Shown: positions 38,200 to 50,681, counted from the first letter of the stretch. The stretch is 64,000 nucleotides of DNA from Podarcis cretensis (GCA_951804945.1 OX638160.1:31496001-31560000), one strand, 5' to 3'. Numbers and translations: made by a program. Notes: a model not told the origin generated them from the sequence alone.

Positions 38200-38752
38200 G
38201 GCCCCATTCACATGTAATGCTAAGCCAAGTTATGACTTTCAGGGTGAACAAGCAAATATATGAGTTCCCTGTGGTGAGGAAGAGATCATGACTGCTTTGC
38301 TCTTCTCACAGTCCTGCTGCTGTAAACTAAGCTATTGTTTGGCTTAGTGTTGCATCTCTAACTGGCTTCCCGCTCTATCTCCCCCAGAGCAGAACAACAA
38401 GCAGCAAGCCATAGAACAAACCTTGGCTACAGCTTGTGCTTTGTGAGGAACAAAATAAACTGCAAGCCTATAGAGTGGTACCTCGCGTGAATAACTTAAT
38501 TCATTCTGGAGGTCTGTTCTTAACCTGAAACTGTTCTTAACCTGAAGCACTGCTTTCGCTAATAGGGCGTCCCGCTGCCACCGCACCACCGCTGCGCAAT
38601 TTCTGTTCTTATCCTGAAGCAAAGTTCTTAACCCGAGGTACTATTTCTGGGTTAGCGGAGTCTGTAACCTGAAGCATATGTAACCTGAAGTGTCTGTAAC
38701 CTGAGGTACCACTGTATTCAGTCATAACACCAGCCAAACCATGACTTAGCTC
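38200..38752 (-). repeat. Old interspersed repeat, inverted relative to the copy at 51985-52275, interrupted by a MITE
   Basis: Reverse complement shares cacaagctgtagccaagg and acactaagccaa...atag.ttagtt..cagcagca with 51985-52275. Confidence 0.65.
38473..38714. mobile_element. Tc1/mariner-pogo MITE (family of 9735-9960, opposite orientation)
   Basis: TIR gagtggtacctc / gaggtaccactg, TA TSD; internal sequence is the reverse complement of the 9735 copy. Confidence 0.88.
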
Positions 38753-39846
38753 ACAACAACAGGACTCTCATTCATGCCACTGGGAGCACAGGATGCTGGA
38801 ATAGATGGGCCTCTTATATCTAATCCACTTTTTAAAGTAATCTAAGCCACTGGCTATAACCACATTTTGCCTGTTAAACCGTCTATTAATAGTGCACACC
38901 ACACTATTAAGGAATATAAGCATTCCTTTGCTTTTGCCTCTTGGCTCTGCAGGTCTAAGGCCTGTTCTAACAGCCTTGCAGGGACCGTGTAGATAAAGGC
39001 AAGCAACAATGGTTCAGTGAAGTGCAAGAGATAAGCACACATTGCCTTTGTCGGTGGAATGTTAGAAACAATTCCCTCGAATATGTCATTTCTGGCCTTT
39101 CCAAAGGGTTGGGGGTGGGGAAACACTGTGAAGGAACCTACAATGGCTTTTGACCAAAAAAAAAGCTAATTGGCAACAGTCACACAGAGGAAAAGAAAAA
39201 CAGAAACAAAGCATGTTACTTATCATATAATTAGAGATAGCTCTGAACTATGAAATGCTCTTTTTAAATGTTATCTGAGGGTAGAAATTGTGTAACATGA
39301 AGGCTTCACAGAAGCTCCTCTTCCCTATAAACTCCTTAAGTCCGCTTATACAAAACAACAGCAACCCAGACCTTTGGTCCACAAAACCTTTCAATAGATT
39401 GGTGGCGATTAAAATAAAACAAAAAACAAAAACAGCAATGCAATTTGTACACAGAAAATGTAGTATTATTGTCACGTGGGTTTTGTTTGCAACACAGTTA
39501 TGCAACTTGATTTAAAAAGCACCGAACTGGTTACTGCAATAATTGAAATGAAATGCTACTGATCTGGAAGGACGGGCGCATGGCAAAATGTCATTAAAGT
39601 AAATGTCATAAAAAGTTGCCTTTGATAACACTCCCGTTAAAGGGTAAGGAATAGGTAATAAACAGCTTGTCATTCTTTAACCATCTACCTGGTCTTTATT
39701 TCATAGCGCAAACCAAATTTCTTCAAAGAGTAATGGTTCCCTAGTTGCCTTCAGTACGTTTGCCTGACCATGTCTATTAAACATATTGAGCATTCATTTC
39801 TTAATTAAGTGTCAACAGTCTTTTCACATATCAAGTTGTTCTTTAG

Positions 39847-39898
39847 ACGTGTGTGTGTGTGTGCGCGCGTGCGCGTGCATGCATGTGCATGTGCATGT
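39847..39898 (+). repeat. Alternating purine-pyrimidine tract (GT)n(GC)n(GCAT)n
   Basis: 52 bp of unbroken RY alternation. Confidence 0.9.
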
Positions 39899-40167
39899 TG
39901 TGGCTTCAGAAAAATAAGTGTGGTGACAGGCATTACAGTGGACTGCTGTGATATCATAGGCTTATTTATTCAGCCCAGGGCAGATAGAAAATGTGCCCCA
40001 TTTACACACAGCATGCAATATCAAGGAGCTATTTAGGGGATTTGGTGGATGCAAAAAGGGTTGAAACAGGCGATAAACACACTGCAGTGACACTCCCAAG
40101 TCTTCTGGTGGCTACCAGTTTTTTCTCCCATTATTTCGTCTAGAATGAGAGGCTGAAATATTGACCT

Positions 40168-40269
40168 CTGTGATCTAAACCACTGAACCTCTTGGGCTTG
40201 CTGATCGGAAGGTCGGTGGTTCAAATCCCCACGACGGCGTGAGCTCCTGTTGCTCTGTACTAGCTCCTG
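40168..40269 (+). mobile_element. Sauria SINE 5' fragment
   Basis: ctgtgatctaaaccactga...gatcggaaggtcggtggttcaaatcccc...gagctcc...agctcctg. Confidence 0.85.
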
Positions 40270-40271
40270 TG

Positions 40272-40448
40272 GGCAGCGATTCCCAGCAGCTGAATACCAG
40301 TTGCTGGCAATCACAGGTGGGAAGGATGCTGTTATGCTGAGGTTCTGCTTGCAGCCTTCCCATGGGCATCTGGTTGGCCACTGCGATAACAGGATGCTTG
40401 ACTAGGTGGGTCCCTAGGCCTGATCCAACAAGGCTCTTTTGATGTTCT
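40272..40448 (+). mobile_element. CR1-type 3' UTR and tail
   Basis: gaataccagttgctgg...ggcatctggttggccactg...ggcctgatccaacaaggctcttttgatgttct; shared with 24136-24390. Confidence 0.7.
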
Positions 40449-41347
40449 GACTGGCTTCAGAACAACACTTTGATCCAGTTTGCACACAATCTACAGTCTG
40501 AGATGGCTTGATTAAATCAGGCAGGAATCTGCACAGGGGGGAAGCGGGAGCATGCAAGCAGAGGGCTAGCTCCTGATCCACAACACATGATTTCAATGAT
40601 CTAATATGTTATGCCTGAACCATTCCAGTGTTGCATCTCCACCAGATTATACCGGAGATAATTCTTAGTATTGTGTACATACTTTGAAACTGTGGGCTGT
40701 CGGCCTATTTGCTCTCAAGAAGACACCAGCTTTCAGAAAAGGCTTCTATCCAAGCAAATACAGCCTCTGCTGGGGTGATTTCCCCCCCTCCAGAGTTTGG
40801 CATTAGTTTTCTCTTTACTCTCTGGAGAGTATTATACTCCAGGCTCCAATATTTCTCTCCTTTTAACTGCATATCTAACAGTGCCTGAACCATATGCAGA
40901 ATTAAATGCTCTCCTCAGCCATGAGATTTTAAAAACTAATTTAAACCTAAGTATACTGAAGGCTATTGCAGCCTTATGATTCTAGCCTTCTACTATTCAG
41001 CAGCTTGCAGAACAGCAGCTCTTTCATTTAAAGTGCAGTTCAGGGTGCCATTTAGTATGTCTTAGGAATTTATTTCCTCCCGCAAGTGTGATCAGTGTTG
41101 GAATATGCTGTTCACTAGCTACACTTTTTACTTGGTGGGTGGGAATTTGTAGTACCACCCAAACTTCACTGAAGAGCAGATTCCCTGCACTTCAGAGGCT
41201 ATGGGGGAAATAAATCTTCCATAGAAAGATATGAAATAGTGTGACTGATTTTTTATTTTTTTTTGTCATGCAAAACAATAGAATATGACCTATCGGCAGA
41301 AGATCTGGGAGCAGCTTTAATGGTATGTGAAAGTAAAGGGCTGTAAA

Positions 41348-41511
41348 ATCAGTGTTAGAGCACATGCTTTGCATTCAGAAGGGCTCAATCCAGGGTTCAA
41401 TCCCTAGCATCCTCAGAGAGGGCCTGACTGAAGTCTTGGAGATCTGCTATCCATCAGTGTAAATAACGTTGAGCTAGATGGACCAATGTATAAGGAAACT
41501 TTCTATATTCT
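41348..41511 (+). mobile_element. tRNA-derived SINE (Squam3-like)
   Basis: tcagtgttagagcacatgctttgcattcagaagg...ggttcaatccc...gagctagatggaccaatg. Confidence 0.65.
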
Positions 41512-41648
41512 GCTCTCTCCCTCTGCCTGAATGTACAGAGGGCTAGCTCCCTTGAATCTTGCAATGGGCCTGTCTTCCTCAAACCCGCAAAAGCGAATGC
41601 CCTTAGATTACAAAGGATTGTATGGTGCAGCCATATATTTCCCTAAAC

Positions 41649-41784
41649 CAGTGTTTCCCAAACTTGGCTCTCCAGTTGTTTTGGACTACAATTCCCATCA
41701 TCCCTAGCTGGCAGGACCCGTGAGCTAGGGATGATGGGAGTTGTAATCCAAAAACAACCAGAGAGCCAAGTTTGGGAAATACTG
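41649..41784. mobile_element. Palindromic hAT MITE (URR1-like), 136 bp
   Basis: Near-perfect hairpin cagtgtttcccaaacttggctctcc...ggagagccaagtttgggaaatactg; degenerate TSD ccctaaac / ggctaaat. Confidence 0.88.
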
Positions 41785-42189
41785 GGCTAAATTCTACTCT
41801 TAACCTGGGGAGGCTGCATCTTTATAACTGTAATGGAAGGTTGCAGGCCTTCAGGACCAGACTCAACAGCCTGAAATAGGATATTTAGGCTTTGAGGCTG
41901 TAGCATATCCTGTTGAGAGTATACCTGGGATGATGGGTGCCAAAGCCTCAGGGCCTTCTTCAGATACAGACGAGAATAACATTTTATAACATCACCCTTT
42001 GCAATAGACAAGTAGCATGAAGCATTTGGAATGGCCCAGCCTAGTATAGACATTAGGAACATGGCTTACTACTTTTACCTAGTCAATACTTTCTGTTTGC
42101 TGCACGTCGGACTACAACTTCTCCAAAGTATCGAGCTCAAGGCATTAATCCTAAGGACTCTGAGTTAGAAGGTATGGGAGAGGAGTGCA

Positions 42190-42317
42190 AAACCTGGGGC
42201 ATTCCAGATGTCGTAGGACCCAACTCCTGCCAAACCTAGGCAGCATGGCCAATGGGCAGGGATGATGGTTCTTTGAGTCTAACAACTTCTAGAGGGCCAC
42301 TGGTACCTTATTCCTGG
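42190..42317. mobile_element. Palindromic hAT MITE (URR1-like), diverged
   Basis: tccagatgtcgtaggacccaactcc...cagcatggccaatgggcagggatgatgg...tctagagggccac. Confidence 0.55.
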
Positions 42318-45300
42318 TCTAGGTTCAGGTGAAAGCCAGTCTTTGCCCTGAGCTAGTCCCTAACATCCATCAGAATGGCACCCGCTGGCTGGGATGGTTC
42401 ATATTGTCCAGTGAATGTGCCTGAGCACTCCTGGATTCTAGGTAATTTCAGGAGGGGAAGCCCTTTCTTCTTTAACCAGTGCTGGATGACTACTCTATTC
42501 ATATTGCTCCTCAGGGCTTTCCAAAGCTGCTGTTCTTCCATCATCCCAATCTTTCCCCCATATACCAAGCTGTTTGCTCATTCTTGCAGGAGATTATCTG
42601 GAATAAATGTGGCAGGAAATGTATCATTTATAGCACATCATGAAGTCTGTTTCAGCAGAGCTTGCACACGCCAGCTTCATAGAAACGTAATTTTAAAACA
42701 TTCCTGTCATACCAGCCGTTTGAAGGCTTCAGATCTTGCTTTAAAGTACATTAGAAATCAGAAAAGTTTTGAGTGATGGACAGAGGAAAGTATCACCCAA
42801 TGAAGTAATATATCTCCTAAAGTGATATGATTTTGTTATTGTAGGAAAAACAACTCCTATCAAAGACCCCCAAAAAAGTACTTGCAGCTGATCCATTATA
42901 AGCAGTGTCATCAAAGTCAACCTTTCTAGCCAGTGGGATTAATTCAACATGCCAAAAGTCTCAAACAGAAAACCCCAAAATTCTAGTTATTCAGGCCTTG
43001 AGCAGCAGCAGCAGGTCTCGAATATATTATATAATATTCAATAATTCATTTTGCATCAAGGAATCTGCTTGAAAGAACTTTGCACATGTATACACTCAGC
43101 TCCAGGGAGGTTCAGTGTTAAATTATTCCCTAACAATTGGAAGGAGCGAATACCCAGCTTGAGCTCTAAAGCAAATTCACAACCAATAGAGAGAGACAGA
43201 CAAAAGGGTACGGGTGGGGAAGAGTTATGGCAAAACAGCATATCAGTGATATCACTCAATCGAAACCCATGCAGTGTTTTAAAAAAGCACGGGAAACTAA
43301 ACTAAGAAACCAAATTCTCTTTTTTAAAAAAACGGGTTGGTAGTGAATATCAGGTCACTGAGCAAAAATGCCTCAAGATCCTTACTACAGGACATACAAT
43401 GTTGGCAATCAAGGTCTAGCCATCAATATCCTCTGCCCATATCTAGGAGAAGCTCTTATGGCAAAACTAGGCTCTAAGAATGCATTGCCAAAGTGGGGAG
43501 TGATGTTCAATCACCAGCAGCTTGTCTTCCATCCTAAGTGCTGTTAGAGCATCCCCAAACTCCTAAAGGTCCAGGTGGACTGGCGGAAGAGGAGTAGAGC
43601 AATCCATCTATCTCCTCCAGCCTGCTCACTCAACTGCATGGCATTGTCCCCTATGGCAACCAGGTGAGTTTTCTAAATACACTTCTGTGCCAATGACAAA
43701 CAAATATAAGGCTACAGGGCTTGCTGGCAGGTCACTTCAGAAAGGCGGTCTATTCCTTAAATAGTGAGCAGCCATGGATGTCAAACTATGCATATTGGAT
43801 TTTTGACATTTTTATTTATTCAGTATGCAGTCACTAAACCAGTTCTGCTTCCTTCTATATAAGTTTTGGAACAGAACAAGAGCATTTATGGTTTTATACC
43901 TCCAGCAGTAAGGAAAACTTCTCCCATTGCAGTTTTACAATTAAATCAAGAATGATTTAACAAGTTTCCTTGAACTGACATATGAGTTTAACAAAAAAGG
44001 TATATTCAACTGGTCCCTTACCGGTTAACTGTAAAAGAAAGAAGTGATGGCGCAAATGGAGCACCACATCTCATTTTGTACTGAGCCAAATATGTTAGTC
44101 ATCAATAAATGTTTATTATTTAGGCAGCAATACTATACTCCTTTTAGAGGATGCTCCTTTGAATTTGAGGCTGACTTCTGAGTGGACATATATAGGAAAT
44201 TATTACTATTACTATTGCCATAATTATTAATTAATATTAACATTTATAGAGCCCTTACTCTCTGGAGATCTCAAAGCAGTTTACGGTAGATAAAGATACA
44301 TAAATATATAAGCACAATAAATACAGTCAAAGTGATGACAAGTGATTTGCATTGAGAAACACAAAAGCAAATAAACAAACAAACAGTATCCATATCCATA
44401 AACTCAATATCAATATAAAGTTAGAGGCCATTACAAGACAACATAATTCAAAATCCCAACCAACATACCGTAAAGCACATTGTTCATCCAATGGCTCCCC
44501 CAGTCTCACTCTTGCCATTCATTCCAGCCAACGACCACAATCATTCCACCACTTTTGCAGCCATTACTTCTGTCAATGAATCACTCATACACAAACAAGC
44601 CTCATACAAAGAATTCCTGCCAGGCACACACATGTAAGGTACTCTCCCCATCTCTGAAGTATTAATGGGCTCATGCCCCCAGCCACTGGACCATCCCATA
44701 CACCCATCTTGCACCAGTTCTATACCAGAGCAGCCTATCACCTTTTAAGGGTTTAAAACTACTGCCATCCAATTACCTAATCATGACAAATGTGGATTGC
44801 CCTGCAAATGTATGGAAGTGTAATGCATCCAATGTCTGTGGCCAGTGGACAAATAACCCTGTTTTACTATACTGAGTGTGGGAATTGTACCACATCACAA
44901 GCAAGAGAAAATCTACACGGTTCTCTAAGGACAACTGTTGTCAATTTAGTATTACAGGCTAATGAACACAACAGAGATGCCAAAAGCTATTATTCAGCAC
45001 AAGTGGGGAAGGGAAAAGTTGTGTGACGGCAAAGAAAAAAAGAAAAAACACTAACAAGAAAAACGAACACTTCTGAAATGACATGGCCTCTTCGATTTAA
45101 AGGTTTTATTCTAAGGAAGAATGGTTAAACCAGTCAGAAGTGTTAACAGCATATTGAGCAAAATGCCAAATTGAATTCAACACAGTGCTTGCCAAGAGGC
45201 TTTCATCCTGCTCTGCTCTGTGCAGAGAAACCCTAGAACTGTTACCCTTTCAAAAAGGAGCAGTAAAAGGCAGACACAGGGAATTGTTCAAAGCTACTTG

Positions 45301-45499
45301 TATATTTTTAGATCAGACATAAAGAAGAATAAGGGTTGCTTCTATTGTATCATCTCCACAGAGGTGATCCAGAATAATGTGTATTGGAGGGGTGGGGGAG
45401 CTGCAGTTGGATAGAGATACTGTCAGATATAATGCACTGTACAGGACAATGTCCTCTCTAGGCATTTTACAAACATGTTAATGTACAATCCAAAATTCC

Positions 45500-45832
45500 A
45501 AACCCTCCAAGTGTCTCTATTTTCCAGGCACAGTCTCAGATTTACAGAAGTCGTCTCAGTTTCTGATTTGATCCTGGAATGTTCCACTTTTCCTTAGGAC
45601 GTCCCTATTTTTATTGGATAAATGTTGGTAGGGCATGGAGCTATCTGATCCCTGAGTCAACAGAAAGCAGCCCTGTATAGGGATTTTTAAAAAAGTTTAA
45701 TGTTTTTATATATCTTGGAAGCTGTCCAGAGTGGCTGGGACAACTCAGTCCGATGCGTGGGGTATAAATAGTAAAATTATCATTATGGAATAGGACGTCC
45801 CTATTTTCATCAGAGAAATGTTGGAGGATATG
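45500..45832. mobile_element. Composite non-autonomous DNA element with duplicated right end and embedded L2 tail
   Basis: accctccaa start; taggacgtccctatttt...aaatgttgg occurs twice (about 45595 and 45791); L2 tail ccagagtggctggg...ggggtataaatagtaaaattatcatta lies between. Confidence 0.55.
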
Positions 45833-47099
45833 AAGTTCCCCACGCCTCTGGGGTTCAGTCAGCCTTTAATAGGCCTGAAATGTGAGACACAGAGGGGAAG
45901 GAAGCAAGTTAAACGGTGCAGAAAGAAGTGCCTGAGGTCATCATACATAAGGCATAACCTCTCTTAAGCACTTGCACAAAAAACTAAGGACCTCCCTATT
46001 CTCCATTCATTTTAAAAGCTGTAATCCCTTGCTATCTGCTGTACCTATCAAGTCACTACCACTTTTACTAAGAATAAAGATATACATGGAATTAAACCAG
46101 GAGGTGTGGAATATAAAATATATATCTCTATATGCCTGAGGCATGGCATTAATGATGAACCTTAAAAGAACTAGCATTTTCACAGCTTGTAGGCTACTGA
46201 GACACCTTGTCCCGACATTCTTGAACACTCGGCAATCAAGTGACCTCTCTGCCAGCCTTGGCCATCCTTGTCCAGGTGCTGGACCTGCTCTAACATCACA
46301 AGTGGCTGGGGAGGGCAGAGGTGCCACGCCCTCCCCGGCTGCCATTGGCTTAGTTGCTCTGACATCACAAGGCTGCTGGGCGGTCTGGGACTGGACAGCG
46401 GAACATTGAAGAGGACTTGAGAGACCTTCACATTTAGAAGACCTTCACACTTACAAAACCATGGGCAGCATTAGTCATTTCATTGTGAAGTATTTATTGG
46501 GGAGGGGCAGTCCTGTTTAAATTAAGAAGGTTTGATTTATGGATTCAATACTTAGAAGTGGCATTCCAATGAACCTAAAGCCAGACTGTTTTGCATAATT
46601 ACATGTATTTATATTTTTAATACTAACAGGTGTCAACAACAAAAGACACATATCTTGCATTCTGTAGATGGTAATACATATAGATCTCACACCTCAACAA
46701 ATACTATAGGGCACAGAACATTTTATTTTTTTGCAAATAAAGGTAGCACCTCAGCACCTTTGAAATCAAGACACCTAGCTATTTAAAATAAGCCATTTGT
46801 AGGGACAAATTAGATATGTGCTGCAATTGCTTTTGAAACTCCCAGGACATGTTTAAGCATACTAGCTGGGATTTGGAATAATTTATTGCCAAAGCTGAAA
46901 CCTGCTTGTATTTCAACAGCACCTTTGAAGCTCAGAAATTCTCTCCTATGGTTCCAATAAATCATCAAAATACCTTCCACAAATTGTCAATGTGTTGCCA
47001 GCTTCCCATGCAGCTCCCTGACTAACCCTGTACTCCTTAAAAGCATTGCAAAATTGAAAATCTAAGAATAAAACTTTGAAGATTAACCAAAACTTTGTC

Positions 47100-48170
47100 T
47101 TTCAAGAGAGGAATCCCAGATTTGGATCCCTCCACAATAGGCATTAACATCTCCCTTCACCCTGAAAAAATAGTGATTGGGCAAAGCCATTGACGAGTCC
47201 AGATCAAGAGGGGGACAATCTCCAAATCCCTACCTTATAGACAAAACTGCAATATTAACCTAAGAAAGTTCTTTGAAATTACTTCAGCTAATAGATGCTG
47301 CAGCAATGTCCCTTGCTAACATAGAGCTGGATAAAACCAACCGTCTTACTAGTCAGCTGCACAGCTCTAATCCATTGCAATCTCTGGATCTCCTGACTGT
47401 TGAGAAACCTAATTTCTAGCAAGCACTGTTTAAGTCTACTTCAATATTTTTATTCTTTCTCTCCCATGCTGTGTAATCCTTTGGGTAGCTGATTCTCCTC
47501 TTCTTCCTCAGGTCCCCTCCCACAGTTTCTCCATGTTAAGTTCAGTCAACAAGACATCAATTAAACACTTCAGTGCAGCTGACAGGACCTGCCCTCTGTG
47601 TCAGAGCGCAAGAGACAGCCCAAACAATATGCAACTTTTGCATACAGAGCATGCCAAGACACAGATTAAAAGTTGTTTTTTTTCCCCTCTGCAAGGTCTC
47701 TAGGCTCAGGTCTTGAAAAATATATAACACCTTGCCCTTATGCTCCAAATCTTTAATGCCATCCAGGGCCCTGAAAACTTCTTCTCTTGTTGGGAATCTT
47801 ACAAAATGCAAATTATTATGTCCCCGGACAGGACAGACCCTTGAGCCGCAAGACCATAAGCCTGCTTCATATCTGTTGAAATTTGGACCTCCAGGCATTT
47901 CTCATTGATCCAAGTCATAAAGTCAGTCCCTTTCCCCATTGGCTTCCTCAAGACACCCAGCCAAATGTTCAAACAATCATCTCTGTTCCCTGGGTTTTTC
48001 ACCTTCATTGGGAAATTTCTGGCCACTACAGTTATGAGATCTAACTTGATTTGGTGTTTCGAGCTGAGCTTCTTTAGTGCATTTGTTGTAAATGTCATGT
48101 TTGTCCATTTAAAGACCAAGACATCTAAACCTTCCTTCAAAAGGTTGAAGCATTACTGCCCAGTCACTTA
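47100..48170 (-). mobile_element. Decayed L1/Tx1-like LINE remnant (ORF1 and possible start of ORF2 endonuclease)
   Basis: Frameshifted peptides VRF..REEVFRA...LEHKGKVLYIFQDLSLETLQR resemble the L1 ORF1p C-terminal domain; downstream KGLHS and GDVN resemble APE-endonuclease motifs. Confidence 0.6.
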
Positions 48171-49021
48171 ATAAATCCTACGGTAAGGTCCTTGCTGGCT
48201 GACACGGCTTTGGCAGTCTTTGCACTCCATAATGCTGTGGGGAGGAACCTCGGGCCTGTGTGCCTAATTAGGCCTGCAAGTCTATTTGAGATGAACCATG
48301 CTCACCTTTCCTGCACCTGATGCTACCACACTGCACTGCTTAAGACTCCAGAATAACTGCTCAGCACAGGTATGACAAAGAAGGTTTGGTGCACGTTAGC
48401 AAGTCCTACCAGTGCAATCCTTGCAACTACAGTAAGATCATTGCAACTAGGGCAATAATAGCAAGCAGAGTTAGCTCCAGTTTTGAGATGACCCAGAGAA
48501 TATTGCCCCCTCTTCTGATTCTTGGACTCTGATAGGCTTACCTAGTAGCATGCAGCAGGAGTGTTCTATGTAGTGTTCATTGGCTGGGTCTAGCCATCCT
48601 CTAAATTTCCCCTAATTTTCCTGACATAGCATCACTCTGGATATTATGAGAAATATAAATGGTGGCAAGACCCAGTTACTAGGCACAGCCTGGAGTCCCA
48701 GGCACATTTTGTTTTGTTTTGTTTTAAAAAATGGGGGATCCCAAAGCAGGCATTGGTGCCCAATGGGGCCCTGGGAGGCACCCAAGGATGCTGCGTGCTG
48801 TTACCAGCCCTGGTTGCTAGGAATGTGGGTGGCTCAAAGTGATGAGGCAGGTTAGGAGGATGAAACAAACTAGCACTGCACAATGAATCAGGTTTCAGTG
48901 GCCACACCAGAAATGGTAACATCTGCCCAATTAATACAGAAATAGAAAAACGCGAAGAAAGTTCTTACAGGATAAGAATTTCCTTGCAGTAGAAGTGCAA
49001 GACCAGGGTATTATTTTCTCT

Positions 49022-49473
49022 TGTGAAGGCATTGGTTTGGATCCTTAGTCTAAGCAAGGGTGCTGGAAAGGAACTCTCTTCATGATTAAATTATCAGGGT
49101 ACCCCAGTAAAGAGGTCCGGGGGAAGGTTTCTGTCCAAGTCTCCAGAAGGGGGCTAACTGGCCATAGAACTCCACAAATGGCATCCGGGGGGATGAACTA
49201 TATGATATGCCTCATGGGGGGAATTCTTAACCAAGAACCAACCCTTGGTTAATCAGCCAGCAGTAATGAATCCTGACTGATTCAGTAATGAATCCTGGTT
49301 GATTCGGGATACATAGCCAATGCCTATACCAAAGCCTACTGACTTCTGTAATCAATAAAGTTCTGGCCAAATTGATCCCAAGATGTGATGATGTCATGTT
49401 TTACTGCTTCTGACACCTCAGGCTCACTGTGCATCCAGTTATCTGGCAAGTGCTGCTTCTGGAGCTGACAACA
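49022..49473 (+). mobile_element. Possible solo LTR
   Basis: TG...CA ends, tatatga, aataaagttctggcc poly(A)-like signal, internal 22-bp tandem duplication at 49261-49304; no TSD found. Confidence 0.35.
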
Positions 49474-49570
49474 CTATCAAGGAGAACATGGGACGGGACC
49501 CAAAACTTAAAATTCTAAAGAAGGTTAAATCTGAAAAGAAGGAAATCCATATCACTATCCATGAATATGA

Positions 49571-49967
49571 GGAACGCGGGTGGCACTGCAGTCTAAACCA
49601 CAGAGCCTAGGGCTTGCTGATCAGAAGGTCGGTGGTTTGAATCCCCGCGACGGGGTAAGCTCCCACTGTTCAGTCCCAGCTCCTGCCCACCTAGCAGTTC
49701 AAAAGCATGTCAAAATGCAAGTAGATAAATAGCTACCACTCCGGCGGGAAGGTAAATGGCATTTCCGTGCACTGCTCTGGTTCACCAGAAGCAGCTTAGT
49801 CATGCTGGCCACATGACCTATTTATCTACTTGCACTTTGACATGCTTTTGAACTGCTAGGTTGGCAGGAGCTGGGACCGAACAATGGAGCTCACCCCATC
49901 GCGGGGATTCAAACCGCCAACCTTCTGATCGACAAGCCCTAGGCTCTGTGGTTTAGACCACAGCGCC
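49571..49967. mobile_element. Fold-back Sauria SINE (forward 5' part joined to an inverted copy of the head)
   Basis: Forward SINE 49571-49818, inverted head 49818-49967, TSD TATCCATGAATAT at 49556-49568 and 49970-49982. Confidence 0.92.
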
Positions 49968-50566
49968 TTTATCCATGAATATAAAAAGGGTTATCCATTG
50001 TAGGCAAGTTATGTAGAAAATTGCTAGAGCTGCAGACACAAAAGCAGTATGTGAGAGCCATGAAAATGCCTTCCGAGACCTTTTCACGAGCTTCCTATGT
50101 TATTTCTTTATAGGGTGACTCGCAGGTGCATCTCTGCAATATATTAATCACACACACACATAAATGGGCGGGAAGGCTAAAGAAACATTATGCAAGATAA
50201 GTATTTTATTGATTGTGCACACATGAAATGTTTCTCTGAAATATTATTCTTGGCTTTGTTTTATGTGAAATGTCAGATGAGCACGTCTGACTGTGGGTTA
50301 CGTTTGTGGTGATTTGTTGAGATTGCAGTAGCCTGGGTCCCTAGTCAATAAACTCAGCCAAACAAAAATGTTCCATGGAATACTGTTGTGCAGTGTACAT
50401 TACAGGAAGAAGGCACACCAGCAGAGCCAATCCACTGGTCCTGCCAGTGACCTCACACAGCAAGTAACCTTGCTGACACCCTGTCACCCCCCCCCCTTGC
50501 TAAGTGGCAGGTCAAGAGGATGGCACAGCCCCACTATAATCTTTCTGGTTTGATTTTTGGTTTTAT

Positions 50567-50638
50567 TGTATGTATGTATGTATGTATGTATGTACCGTAT
50601 GTACCGTATGTATGTATGTATGTATGTATGTATGTATG
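50567..50638 (+). repeat. (TATG)n microsatellite, interrupted by a duplicated taccg
   Basis: Directly visible. Confidence 0.92.
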
Positions 50639-50681
50639 TTTTAAGTCACTTTATGTTGCCATGGCAAAAAGCAACTAATAA

